From Rickettsiales bacterium (lineage in GTDB: Bacteria > Pseudomonadota > Alphaproteobacteria > Rickettsiales > UBA3002), in NCBI GenBank assembly GCA_044225085.1, contig JBGAJE010000001.1:1-35087 (forward strand): DNA of 35,087 bases. The letters run 5' to 3'. Numbering within the stretch: the first letter of the stretch is position 1; every line of letters begins with the position of its first letter. Both the position numbers and the translations under genes were made by a program. Under the pieces are notes generated by a model, which was not told where the DNA came from, did not search any database, and worked only from the letters and a program-made list of their open reading frames with translations. Shown here piece by piece: positions 26,537-35,021 of the stretch.

Positions 26537-26841
26537 TGCGTTGGGGAGCAGCACTTTTGGTGCTGGTGGCACCCATCGCAGCGTCGGCGTATGTGCTGCC
26601 TCCGCCACCGGCGGATGCGAAGCAATGGCATGTCTGCGAAACGGATGCGGATTGCGTTCTGATTCCTGGCCCGTGCGGGCTAACAGCAGTGAATCAAACA
26701 TCTAAACAATCAGCGACGGATTATTACAAACCCGTGGCCGATGCCAATGCCGAGTCGTGCAAAAAAGAATTCTGGGTGCCAAAAGCGAATGCAGCGCGTT
26801 GCCGAATCAACGCCTGCGAAGCCGTGGTGGATAGCCAATAA
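26536..26841 (+). CDS. hypothetical small secreted Cys-rich protein
   Basis: 101 aa with signal peptide MRWGAALLVLVAPIAASA and 6 Cys. Its start overlaps the thiolase stop (TAATG). Confidence 0.55.
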   Translation: MRWGAALLVLVAPIAASAYVLPPPPADAKQWHVCETDADCVLIPGPCGLTAVNQTSKQSATDYYKPVADANAESCKKEFWVPKANAARCRINACEAVVDSQ

Positions 26842-26856
26842 TGAATAGCGACATAA

Positions 26857-29256
26857 GTGGAGCAAATCGTGACTGAGATCAAAAAAGTAGCTGTCCTAGG
26901 TTCCGGCGTCATGGGGTCTGGCATTGCTGCCGTGCTTGCGAATGCGGGCATTCCCGTGTTGCTGCTCGACATTGTGCCCAAAGAGGGCGGCCGTAATTCC
27001 CTCGCCGAAGGCGCGATCGAAAAACAAGCCAAAGGTGGCACGCCTGGCTTCGCCCATCCCAAATTCAAAAAGCTCGTCACGCCCGGGAATTTCGAAGATG
27101 ATTTGCCCAAGCTCGCCGAATGCGACTGGATCGTCGAAGTCGTACTTGAAAAGCTGGAAGTGAAGCAGGACGTCTACCGCAAAGTCGAAGCCGTGCGCAA
27201 AAAAGGCTCCATTGTCTCAAGTAACACTTCAACATTGCCACTGCACGTGCTCATCGAAGGCATGCCGAAATCGTTCCAGGACGATTTCCTCATCACCCAT
27301 TTCTTCAACCCGCCCCGCTTCATGCGCCTGCTCGAAGTCGCCAAAAGCCCCAGTTTTGCTGCAGATCGTTTTGCAGCATTTTGTGACTTTGCTGATCGCG
27401 CTCTCGGCAAAGGCGTCGTCCCCGCCAAGGACACACCTGGCTTCCTCGCCAACCGCATCGGTGTGTTCTGGATGACGGAAGGGCTCATCGAAGCCATGCG
27501 CCTGGGCATCACCGTCGAGGAAGCGGATGCCGTGATGGGCAAACCCCTCGGCTTCCCCAAAACCGGCATGTTCGGCCTCTACGATTTGATCGGCATCGAC
27601 CTCATGCCACTCATCGCGCAATCCCTGCTAGCGACGCTGCCTAAAGACGACGCCTTCCGCAGCCTCTACGAACTGCCCGACCTCGTGAAAAAAATGATCG
27701 CCGATGGCTATACCGGCCGCAAAGGCAAGGGCGGCTTTTACCGCATGGTGCCGGACGCATCGGGCAAGAAAAAGAAGGAATCCATCGACCTCAAAACCGG
27801 CGACTACCGCCCCGAGAAAAAAGCCAAGCTCGAAAGCGTGGATGCCGCAAAAGCAGGCCTCGCCGCCCTGCTCACCCACAAAGACATCGGCGGGCAATAT
27901 GCCGCTGCCGTGATGCTCAAAACGTTGCATTACGCCGCGTCCCTCATCCCCGAAATCTCGGATGATATCGACTCCGTCGACGCCGCCATGCGCACCGGCT
28001 ACAACTGGAAATATGGGCCGTTCCAGATGATCGACCGGCTTGCCGCCCAAGGCAAATCCGGCACCGAAATTTTTGCAGGCGCGCTGCAGCAAGCGGGCAT
28101 GTCTGTTCCGCCCATCATCCAGCAATCCCTCGGCAAAAAACTCTACGATGTCGTCGGTGGCAAGCGTGAGCAATTCAATATCGGCGGCAAATACACCGCC
28201 GTTCCAATCCCCGCCGGTTCGCTGATGTTAGAAGACATCAAACTCACCCAAAAACCCGTGCACAAAACCGCCTCGGCGCAATTGTGGGATTTGGGCGACG
28301 GCGTCGCCTGCATGGAGCTCACCAGCAAGCAAAACACGTGGGACCCCGAGAACCTGAAAATGGTGCAGCAATTGCCGGATATTGTGCGCAGCAATTTCCG
28401 CGCCCTCGTCATCGGCACGGATGCGGAGCATTTCAGCTTCGGTGCCAATATCGGCTACTTCCTCCTTGCCTGCAACACGGCGAGCTGGTGGGCGATTTCC
28501 GACATGGTGAAGCAAGGCCAGTCCGGCTTCATGGGCCTAAAATACGCGCCGTTCCCCGTCGTCACCTCGCTCGCGGGCATGGCGCTCGGCGGCGGCTGCG
28601 AGCTGCAACTGCATGCGGATGCCGTGCAGGCGCATATGGAATCCTATGTCGGCCTCGTCGAAGCCGGCATCGGCGTCATCCCCGGCTGGGGTGGCTGTAA
28701 GGAGATGCTGTTCCGCCACGTTGCCGCCGCTGAAGCCACGCAAAAATCCATCGCTAAAGGCGAGAAACCCGCGCACCTCATGCCCGGCGGGCCGATGCCG
28801 GCGCTCAGCAAAGCGTTTGAATATATCTCCACCGCCAAAGTCGCCGGTTCCGCCGCCGAGGCGCAGGATATGCTCATCCTCAACGATAAATCCGGCATCA
28901 CCATGAACCGCCGCCGCGTGCTGGCGGATGCCAAAGCCCGTGCGCTGAAACTGGCTGAGAATTATCAACCGCCCGAGACACGAACTGTCCGCCTCCCTGG
29001 CGAAACCGGCCGCGTCGCGCTGCAGCTCGCCGTCGACAACTACCGCAAATCCGGCAAGGCGACGCCGCATGATGAAGTCGTCTCCATGCACCTCGCCTAC
29101 GTCCTCACCGGTGGCAATACTGACATCACGCAGGAAGTGAGCGAACAACAACTCCTCGACCTCGAACACGACATGTTTATGGAGCTCTGCAAAACCACCG
29201 CCACCCGCGACCGCATCGCGCACATGCTGAACACCAGCAAACCGTTGAGGAATTGA
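26857..29256 (+). CDS. 3-hydroxyacyl-CoA dehydrogenase / enoyl-CoA hydratase fusion (dehydrogenase N-terminal, crotonase C-terminal)
   Basis: VAVLGSGVMGSGIAAVLANAGIPVLLLD NAD-binding fold. The C-terminal crotonase-like GMALGGGCELQLHAD follows. GTG start at 26857 or 26869. Confidence 0.9.
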   Translation: MEQIVTEIKKVAVLGSGVMGSGIAAVLANAGIPVLLLDIVPKEGGRNSLAEGAIEKQAKGGTPGFAHPKFKKLVTPGNFEDDLPKLAECDWIVEVVLEKLEVKQDVYRKVEAVRKKGSIVSSNTSTLPLHVLIEGMPKSFQDDFLITHFFNPPRFMRLLEVAKSPSFAADRFAAFCDFADRALGKGVVPAKDTPGFLANRIGVFWMTEGLIEAMRLGITVEEADAVMGKPLGFPKTGMFGLYDLIGIDLMPLIAQSLLATLPKDDAFRSLYELPDLVKKMIADGYTGRKGKGGFYRMVPDASGKKKKESIDLKTGDYRPEKKAKLESVDAAKAGLAALLTHKDIGGQYAAAVMLKTLHYAASLIPEISDDIDSVDAAMRTGYNWKYGPFQMIDRLAAQGKSGTEIFAGALQQAGMSVPPIIQQSLGKKLYDVVGGKREQFNIGGKYTAVPIPAGSLMLEDIKLTQKPVHKTASAQLWDLGDGVACMELTSKQNTWDPENLKMVQQLPDIVRSNFRALVIGTDAEHFSFGANIGYFLLACNTASWWAISDMVKQGQSGFMGLKYAPFPVVTSLAGMALGGGCELQLHADAVQAHMESYVGLVEAGIGVIPGWGGCKEMLFRHVAAAEATQKSIAKGEKPAHLMPGGPMPALSKAFEYISTAKVAGSAAEAQDMLILNDKSGITMNRRRVLADAKARALKLAENYQPPETRTVRLPGETGRVALQLAVDNYRKSGKATPHDEVVSMHLAYVLTGGNTDITQEVSEQQLLDLEHDMFMELCKTTATRDRIAHMLNTSKPLRN

Positions 29257-29259
29257 TCA

Positions 29260-29499
29260 ATGTCGCTAGAGATCTTGAATATTTTTGAAGTATTTTTTCA
29301 GCCTTTTAAGCCATCCAATATAATTAGTTTTTGGCGAGGATTTCTCATAATTACAGCATTTGCTGTTCTTGCGACAATTTTATCTATCTTCGTTGGTATT
29401 TGGGGTTTGGCGCTCATTGCACCTGGAGTGCTGATAGCAATGTGGGTGGAAATAAATCGCTGTTTTAAGCCAGAAGAAACAAAAAGCACGGGGAGCTAA
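29260..29499 (+). CDS. hypothetical 79-aa two-TM membrane protein (AT-rich ORFan inside the fad operon)
   Basis: GAGGAA Shine-Dalgarno (29247-29252) 7 nt before the ATG. Two hydrophobic helices. 93 G+C in 240 nt (about 39%) by hand count. The Shine-Dalgarno of the next gene (GGGGAG 29490-29495) lies within its 3' end. Confidence 0.55.
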   Translation: MSLEILNIFEVFFQPFKPSNIISFWRGFLIITAFAVLATILSIFVGIWGLALIAPGVLIAMWVEINRCFKPEETKSTGS

Positions 29500-29503
29500 C
29501 TTT

Positions 29504-31276
29504 ATGCCCACCTACACCGCACCGCTGAAAGACTATCAATTCCTCATCAACCATTTCCTGGAGCTCGACAACTATGCCGATGTTCCCGGTTTCGCGGAGG
29601 CGCGCGAGTTGGTCACACCGCTGCTGGAGGAATCCGCCAAGCTGTGCGAGGAAGTGCTGTTCCCGCTCAACACCGTCGGCGACAAGCAGGGGCTGAAATA
29701 TAAGGACGGCAACGTCACCACGCCGGACGGTTTTAAGGAAGCCTACAAAGCCTATGTCGAAGGCGGCTGGCCGACGCTCACCTGGCCGCAGGAATATGGC
29801 GGGCAGGGGATGCCGGAATTCTTGAACATGCCGATGCTGGAGATGGTCTGCTCCAGCAACCTCAGCTTCGGCCTCACGCCGGGCCTGACGCATGGGGCGA
29901 TTCACGCACTGTTGCTCCATGCGACCGACGAACTGAAACAAAAGTTTTTGCCGAAAATGATTTCGGGTGAATGGTCCGGCGTCATGTGCCTCACCGAGCC
30001 TGTCGCGGGCACGGATTTAGGCCTCCTCAAAACCCGCGCCGAGCTGCAGGCGGATGGCAGCTATAAAATCACCGGCAACAAAATTTTCATCTCCGCCGGG
30101 GAGCAGGATCAGACGGAAAACATCATCCACCTCGTCCTCGCCCGCTTGCCAGATGCACCCAAAGGCAGCAAAGGCATCTCGCTTTTCGTCTGTCCGAAAG
30201 TGATGGTGAATGCGGATGGTTCGCTAGGCGAACGCAACGCATTTTCCTGCGCCGGTATCGAACATAAAATGGGCATCCATGCCTCGCCGACCTGTGTGAT
30301 GAATTACGACGGCGCCACCGGCTGGCTCGTCGGTCAGCCGCATCGCGGCCTGCCTGCGATGTTTACCATGATGAACACCGCACGGCTTTATGTCGGCGTG
30401 CAAGGCCTCGGCGTTGGCGAAGCGGCCTACCAAAATGCGCTCGCTTATACGAAGGAACGTCTGCAAGGCCGCGCGCTCACCGGCCCGCAATTCCCCGACA
30501 AACCCGCCGACCCCATCACCGTCCACCCCGATGTGCGGCGGATGCTCTACACCATGAAGTGCTTCACCGAAGGCGCCCGCGCGCTTGCGATCTGGACGGC
30601 GTGCGAAACCGACATCGCCCATCGCCACCCCGACACAGCGCGGCAGCAGCAGGCGGATGATTTCGTGCAACTCGTCACCCCCATCATGAAATCAACGCTA
30701 ACGGATGGCGGATTCGAAACCGCCTCTACCGCCATGCAATGTTTCGGCGGTTACGGCTATATCGAGGAATATGGCGCGAGCCAATATCTGCGCGACGCGC
30801 GCATCGCGATGATCTACGAAGGCACCAACGGCGTGCAGGCGATGGATTTAGTGGGCCGTAAATTGCCGACCGATACGGGGCGCTACCTCAGCCGCTTCTT
30901 CCATCCGGTCGATGCGTTCATCGCCGCCAACCGGAATGATCCCGCGATGGCCGAATTCACCAAACCCCTCAAAGCACATCTCAAATACCTGCAGCAGGCG
31001 ACGATGTGGATCGGCACCATGGGCTTCGTAAACCCCAACCATGCCGGGGCAGGGGCAGTGGAATATCAGAAGATGTTCTCGCTCGTGCTGTTTGCCTTCA
31101 TCTGGGCGAAACAGGCCAAGCTCGCGCTGGCGCATATGGGTGAGGATAAGGAGTTCTACGAATCGAAGCTGGCAACCGCCCGCTTCTACTTCGCCAAAAT
31201 CCTGCCGGGGACGACGAGTTTGCTTGCCTCGATTACGGCGGGTGCAGATCCGGTGATGGCGAAGTCGGATTTTTAG
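29504..31276 (+). CDS. long-form acyl-CoA dehydrogenase (about 590 aa, with C-terminal extension domain)
   Basis: CLTEPVAGTDL, FISAGEQD and QCFGGYGYIEEY motifs of the ACAD fold, plus about 130 extra C-terminal residues. Confidence 0.9.
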   Translation: MPTYTAPLKDYQFLINHFLELDNYADVPGFAEARELVTPLLEESAKLCEEVLFPLNTVGDKQGLKYKDGNVTTPDGFKEAYKAYVEGGWPTLTWPQEYGGQGMPEFLNMPMLEMVCSSNLSFGLTPGLTHGAIHALLLHATDELKQKFLPKMISGEWSGVMCLTEPVAGTDLGLLKTRAELQADGSYKITGNKIFISAGEQDQTENIIHLVLARLPDAPKGSKGISLFVCPKVMVNADGSLGERNAFSCAGIEHKMGIHASPTCVMNYDGATGWLVGQPHRGLPAMFTMMNTARLYVGVQGLGVGEAAYQNALAYTKERLQGRALTGPQFPDKPADPITVHPDVRRMLYTMKCFTEGARALAIWTACETDIAHRHPDTARQQQADDFVQLVTPIMKSTLTDGGFETASTAMQCFGGYGYIEEYGASQYLRDARIAMIYEGTNGVQAMDLVGRKLPTDTGRYLSRFFHPVDAFIAANRNDPAMAEFTKPLKAHLKYLQQATMWIGTMGFVNPNHAGAGAVEYQKMFSLVLFAFIWAKQAKLALAHMGEDKEFYESKLATARFYFAKILPGTTSLLASITAGADPVMAKSDF

Positions 31277-31285
31277 ACGGCGAAC

Positions 31286-31318
31286 TTCACCGCCATCAAT
31301 TGTCACAGAAAGTTCACA
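31286..31318 (+). promoter_or_regulatory. phased direct repeats TTCAC-N11-GTCACA-N5-TTCACA (copy 1)
   Basis: ATTGTCACA-N5-TTCACA (31299-31318) matches 31902-31921 at all 15 fixed positions. It lies 63 nt upstream of ATG 31381. Confidence 0.4.
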
Positions 31319-31380
31319 AACCGTGGCTCAGGAATTTGCTATGAAGGCGTTACTGTCATCATGCATATGAGGAGGCGGCT

Positions 31381-31857
31381 ATGACCGACACGGCCCTCAA
31401 TCATCCAGGTCTAAAATTGCTTGGCGAAAATCCCGATATTCAGCTTGCCTATGGGGCGTGTCCGGATTGGGATCGGCCCAGCGGTAGATTTCTGACGTAT
31501 CAGCGTTGCGTAACACCGGAGGGATTTGGTTACAATATTCCTATTGCTCCCTATGTGCCGGTGCCGCGTTATTATATTCCGCCACCTTATTACTATCACC
31601 CTCCTCGTCACTATTACCATCGTCCGGAACCGCCGCACCGTCATCCGGAACCACCACGGCGGCCGCATGGGCGCCATGGGGAGTTGGAGCAGCAGGGGGA
31701 TGCACCTGCGCTGGTATCAGCACCCTCGGAGATGACCCAAGCGGTGCTTGCCTTGCAGGAAGCAGGCGTTACCCCGGCCGCGATGGCTCGGCCTTCTGCG
31801 TTGGTGGCGGGTGTTGGCCGGGCGGCCGATGGGGCCGATCGGGTAAAATTATCATAA
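31381..31857 (+). CDS. hypothetical Pro/Tyr/His-rich protein
   Basis: Strong GAGGAGG Shine-Dalgarno (31369-31375). 158 aa with the low-complexity core PYVPVPRYYIPPPYYYHPPRHYYHRPEPPHRHPEPPRRPHGRHG. No signal peptide recognised. Other frames are also open here, so the frame choice rests on the Shine-Dalgarno/ATG. Confidence 0.55.
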   Translation: MTDTALNHPGLKLLGENPDIQLAYGACPDWDRPSGRFLTYQRCVTPEGFGYNIPIAPYVPVPRYYIPPPYYYHPPRHYYHRPEPPHRHPEPPRRPHGRHGELEQQGDAPALVSAPSEMTQAVLALQEAGVTPAAMARPSALVAGVGRAADGADRVKLS

Positions 31858-31887
31858 AAACAATTGGTTGAAGTATTTTTTTGGCCT

Positions 31888-31921
31888 TTCACGATTTGGT
31901 GATTGTCACACAATCTTCACA
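31888..31921 (+). promoter_or_regulatory. phased direct repeats TTCAC-N12-GTCACA-N5-TTCACA (copy 2)
   Basis: ATTGTCACA-caatc-TTCACA at 31902-31921, 134 nt upstream of ATG 32055. Confidence 0.4.
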
Positions 31922-32054
31922 TTTCTTCCGGGTGGGTTTTGCTATAGTGAATGTGAAAAGCTCTCCTGGCGGCCGTTTTGCTGGGTGGTTTATAAACATT
32001 AACGAATTATTTACCGTTGCTACGGTAAGATTAGTAAAAGTTTAGGAGTGTCCT

Positions 32055-32933
32055 ATGAGCGGGTTCGGTGGATGGGTTGGTGCCTTTAGGGATATCGGCA
32101 GAATGACCAGTTATGCACGCGGCATCGTGCACAATGCCGATTATGTTATTGTAGGCACCGCGCGCGATGTTGGTCACGCAGCGGGCTTCGGGAATGTCGT
32201 TAGTGGTGGTTATAAACAGACTGTACGCTATGATGGTGCGAATGGTGCTGCTGCTAACAGAGCGCAGCTTGCCGAAGGCATCACGGGTGAACAACTAAAT
32301 GATTTTCGTGCATGGCAAGCGGCGCGTCACGCAGCGGCGGCTGGTCAGCCGGTGCAAGTGGCGCAAGCTGGTCCTGTTGCGCAACCTCAACCTCAGTCAC
32401 AACCGCAGCCTGGTGCGCCGGTGCCGCTTCATGGTGGCGGACAGCCTAGCCCGCAGCAGCCGGTTACGCAGGAAGCATTGATTCCAGCAGGCAGTGGCGA
32501 AGATGCGCATAATTACAATGCGCCGCGCATGCCGCAGCATTTGAAACAGAACCAGGTAAAGGCGCTTCAGGAATTGCTGGCACGTGGTGGTTTCAACCCT
32601 GGTGCAGCGGATGAAAAATGGGGGCCGAAAAGCGAAACCGCGTTTGAAGCGGCCGCGGCGAAAGCAGGATTCCCTGATCCGACCAAGTTTGATTTTGCTA
32701 ACCCAGACCATGTGAGAAAGCTGCAGGGTGCACTGGTTGTGTCGCAAGGCCAAGGTACGGGCGCGCCTGTGCAAACAGCGTGGGGTGCTGCCCCGGTTGC
32801 TGGGCAGCAGGTAGTTGGTGCCTATACGAACAGCAATTTTGCTGAAGGGCATTTTGTGGAGTCCCCGCGTGTGTCGGATGCACGTCCGAAGCAATTTGTT
32901 GCAGAGCGTGACAGCGGTGGTAGCCGCGCATAA
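32055..32933 (+). CDS. hypothetical protein with a peptidoglycan-binding (PG_binding_1-like) domain and a Gln/Pro-rich linker
   Basis: TAGGAG Shine-Dalgarno. VKALQELLARGGFNPGAADEKWGPKSETAFEAAAAKAGF fits the PG-binding helix-bundle consensus (LQ..L...G...G..DG.fG..T..A...FQ). QPQPQSQPQPG linker. Confidence 0.6.
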   Translation: MSGFGGWVGAFRDIGRMTSYARGIVHNADYVIVGTARDVGHAAGFGNVVSGGYKQTVRYDGANGAAANRAQLAEGITGEQLNDFRAWQAARHAAAAGQPVQVAQAGPVAQPQPQSQPQPGAPVPLHGGGQPSPQQPVTQEALIPAGSGEDAHNYNAPRMPQHLKQNQVKALQELLARGGFNPGAADEKWGPKSETAFEAAAAKAGFPDPTKFDFANPDHVRKLQGALVVSQGQGTGAPVQTAWGAAPVAGQQVVGAYTNSNFAEGHFVESPRVSDARPKQFVAERDSGGSRA

Positions 32934-33055
32934 GCGGTATTTAGTTGGTCTTCCTGTTCTAGTTTTGTTACGGTTAGTGGCGTTACCTCTTATCGTGGAG
33001 CAGTCGGCTGAATTCTTCTCCTCAAGATACGACCCCCGTCTATAAAGTTGGCGCG

Positions 33056-33562
33056 GTGATTGTGCGGCGAGTGGCTGGTCAGCCACCTGAGATTTTCATC
33101 ATTCAACCTAAACCTAAACATTCCGGCGAAGTGCCGCCGTGGGTGTTGCCACGCGGTAGCCGCCAATATTGGGAATGGCAGGGCGATGGGCGAGTTTATA
33201 CCGATATTCGCGACGCAGCGACGGCGGTGGCGCATGCAGAGCAGCTAGAATCTTTCACCCGCACGCTGCGGCGCGAGATGGAAGAGGAAGCGGGTATTGC
33301 GCCGGAGGTGCTCGAGCGCATCCCGGTGCTCGAGTTAGGGGCGATGGATTTCACCTCGCGCACGAAGGGGATTTATCCCATCCAATGGTTTTTGCTGCAG
33401 CCGGACGAGGCATGCCAGGCTATGATGGCCAACCACCCACCCGTTGATACGCTGCAAACGCGCTGGGCCGCGGTCGAGCAGATCGAAGCGATGATTGCGG
33501 CGGGAGAATTCTCAGCAGGTTATTTGCCAGTGATTGCGCATGCGCTGACGATGGTGGAGTGA
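33056..33562 (+). CDS. NUDIX hydrolase family protein
   Basis: Nudix box core REMEEEAGI (RE-x2-EE-x-G-U) preceded by G...E. GTG start with no clear Shine-Dalgarno, so the start is uncertain. Confidence 0.65.
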   Translation: MIVRRVAGQPPEIFIIQPKPKHSGEVPPWVLPRGSRQYWEWQGDGRVYTDIRDAATAVAHAEQLESFTRTLRREMEEEAGIAPEVLERIPVLELGAMDFTSRTKGIYPIQWFLLQPDEACQAMMANHPPVDTLQTRWAAVEQIEAMIAAGEFSAGYLPVIAHALTMVE

Positions 33563-33579
33563 GTCCAGCCTCATCTGTT

Positions 33580-33700
33580 ACCTCTCCCTTGGGAGAGGTC
33601 TAAATCGGCGCAGACGATTTAGGGTGAGGGCTCTCCTCGGGCATTGGCGGGCCCTCACCCTGCTCGCAAGGGCTCGCAGACCTCTCCCGATGGGAGAGGT
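33580..33700. repeat. cargo-less copy of the composite palindromic repeat
   Basis: ACCTCTCCC-tt-GGGAGAGGT (33580-33599), CTAAATCG-gcgcaga-CGATTTAG (33600-33622), GGGTGAGGGC (33622-33631), 19-nt loop, GCCCTCACCC (33651-33660), 19 nt, ACCTCTCCC-gat-GGGAGAGGT (33680-33700). It fills the gap between the convergent NUDIX and rnd stops. Confidence 0.85.
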
Positions 33701-33701
33701 G

Positions 33702-34871
33702 TTAGCTCCACACCAATCCAAACCCACCACGATAAGGGCTGACGCGGGCGGTGAGGTTGCCGGCGAGGAGTGATTCGGCATCGCGCCCGAACACGTCGTA
33801 GCGCCAACCATGGCCGATGCTGCTTGCGGCCAAGGTGATTTTGCCGCGCACGATATCTTCCAACTCTTGCTTATCGACCACCAAGCGTGGGACGAGATGC
33901 GTGTCCTCGCATTTTTGGCGTAGAAGAAGTTTGAGTTGATCGAAGCAGGCTTCTTGCGCGGCGGGCATGTGACGATCACGCTCGGGCGGGTTGGGCCAAT
34001 TTTCCTTCGGCGCGGTGCGCGCGGTATTGAGGGCTTCGATCAGTGAGGCCATCGATTCCTTACTCAATTGGCCGGTGATGCCGCGTACATCGGTCAGCGC
34101 TTCTACGGTTTGCGGCATTTGGGTGGCGACTTGCACGACCCAATCGTCTTTCAAAACGCGTTGGCGGGGAACGTCTTTCTTAGCGGCCATTTCTTCACGC
34201 CAGGCAGCCGCAGCGCGCAGCAATTGCAGCACCAGCGGTGAGCGGGTTTTGGCTTTCAGTCGCATCCAAGCACGGTTAGCATCGACGCGGTATTGGCTGA
34301 TGTTGGTGATGGCTTCCATCTCCTCGGCGATCCAGGGGCTGCGGCCTTCCTGTTCGATTTTTTCTTTGAGTTTGTCGTAGACCACGCGCAGATGGATCAC
34401 ATCATCAAGCGCGTAGACGAGTTGGCGGTCGCTGAGGGGGCGGCGGGCCCAATCGGTAAAGCGTGACGCTTTGTCGAGGCTCGCGCCCACGAGTTCGCGC
34501 ACGAGGGTTTCGTAGCTCACCGATTCGCCGAAACCGCACACCATGGCGGCGATTTGGGTATCATAGAGTGGGTAGGGAACGCGGCCGGAATCATGGACGA
34601 AAATTTCGATATCCTGCTTGGCGGCATGGAAGACTTTGATCAGCGACTCGTTGGCAAATGCATCGTAAAGCGGCGTGAGGTCGATATCCGGATTGGCGAT
34701 GGGGTCGATGGCGACGGCTTCCGTACTGGTCGCCACTTGCATGAGGCATAGCTGGGGGAAATAGGTGCGTTCGCGGATAAACTCAGTATCGACAGTGATG
34801 AACTGTTCGTCGCCAAAACTGGCACAAAATTGAGCTAAATCAATGGAATCAGTGATAATGCGGGTTTTCAT
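33702..34871 (-). CDS. rnd: ribonuclease D
   Basis: 389 aa. DEDD exonuclease motif ITVDTEFIRERTYFPQLCLMQV, then YALDDVIHL, followed by HRDC-type C-terminal domains. Confidence 0.9.
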   Translation of the reverse strand: MKTRIITDSIDLAQFCASFGDEQFITVDTEFIRERTYFPQLCLMQVATSTEAVAIDPIANPDIDLTPLYDAFANESLIKVFHAAKQDIEIFVHDSGRVPYPLYDTQIAAMVCGFGESVSYETLVRELVGASLDKASRFTDWARRPLSDRQLVYALDDVIHLRVVYDKLKEKIEQEGRSPWIAEEMEAITNISQYRVDANRAWMRLKAKTRSPLVLQLLRAAAAWREEMAAKKDVPRQRVLKDDWVVQVATQMPQTVEALTDVRGITGQLSKESMASLIEALNTARTAPKENWPNPPERDRHMPAAQEACFDQLKLLLRQKCEDTHLVPRLVVDKQELEDIVRGKITLAASSIGHGWRYDVFGRDAESLLAGNLTARVSPYRGGFGLVWS

Positions 34872-35021
34872 AGGCCCGTTACTACAGCAGTCCGCCCAAG
34901 GGGGGCAAGGGCTATGATGAGGATGTGGGTAGGCTCATCATTAAAAGTTAATCGTATTTTAATCATCTTTGGATAACGTAATCGGTGTAAATGCGGAAAA
35001 ATCGTGCCGGATTGGTAGGTT

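Noticed and set aside
34948-34962. TTAA-N7-TTAA (CtrA-box-like) in the rnd upstream region, and a one-mismatch version near 32010
   Set aside because: Only eight specified AT bases in AT-rich intergenic DNA, so chance occurrence is likely. The taxon assignment needed for CtrA relevance is itself uncertain.
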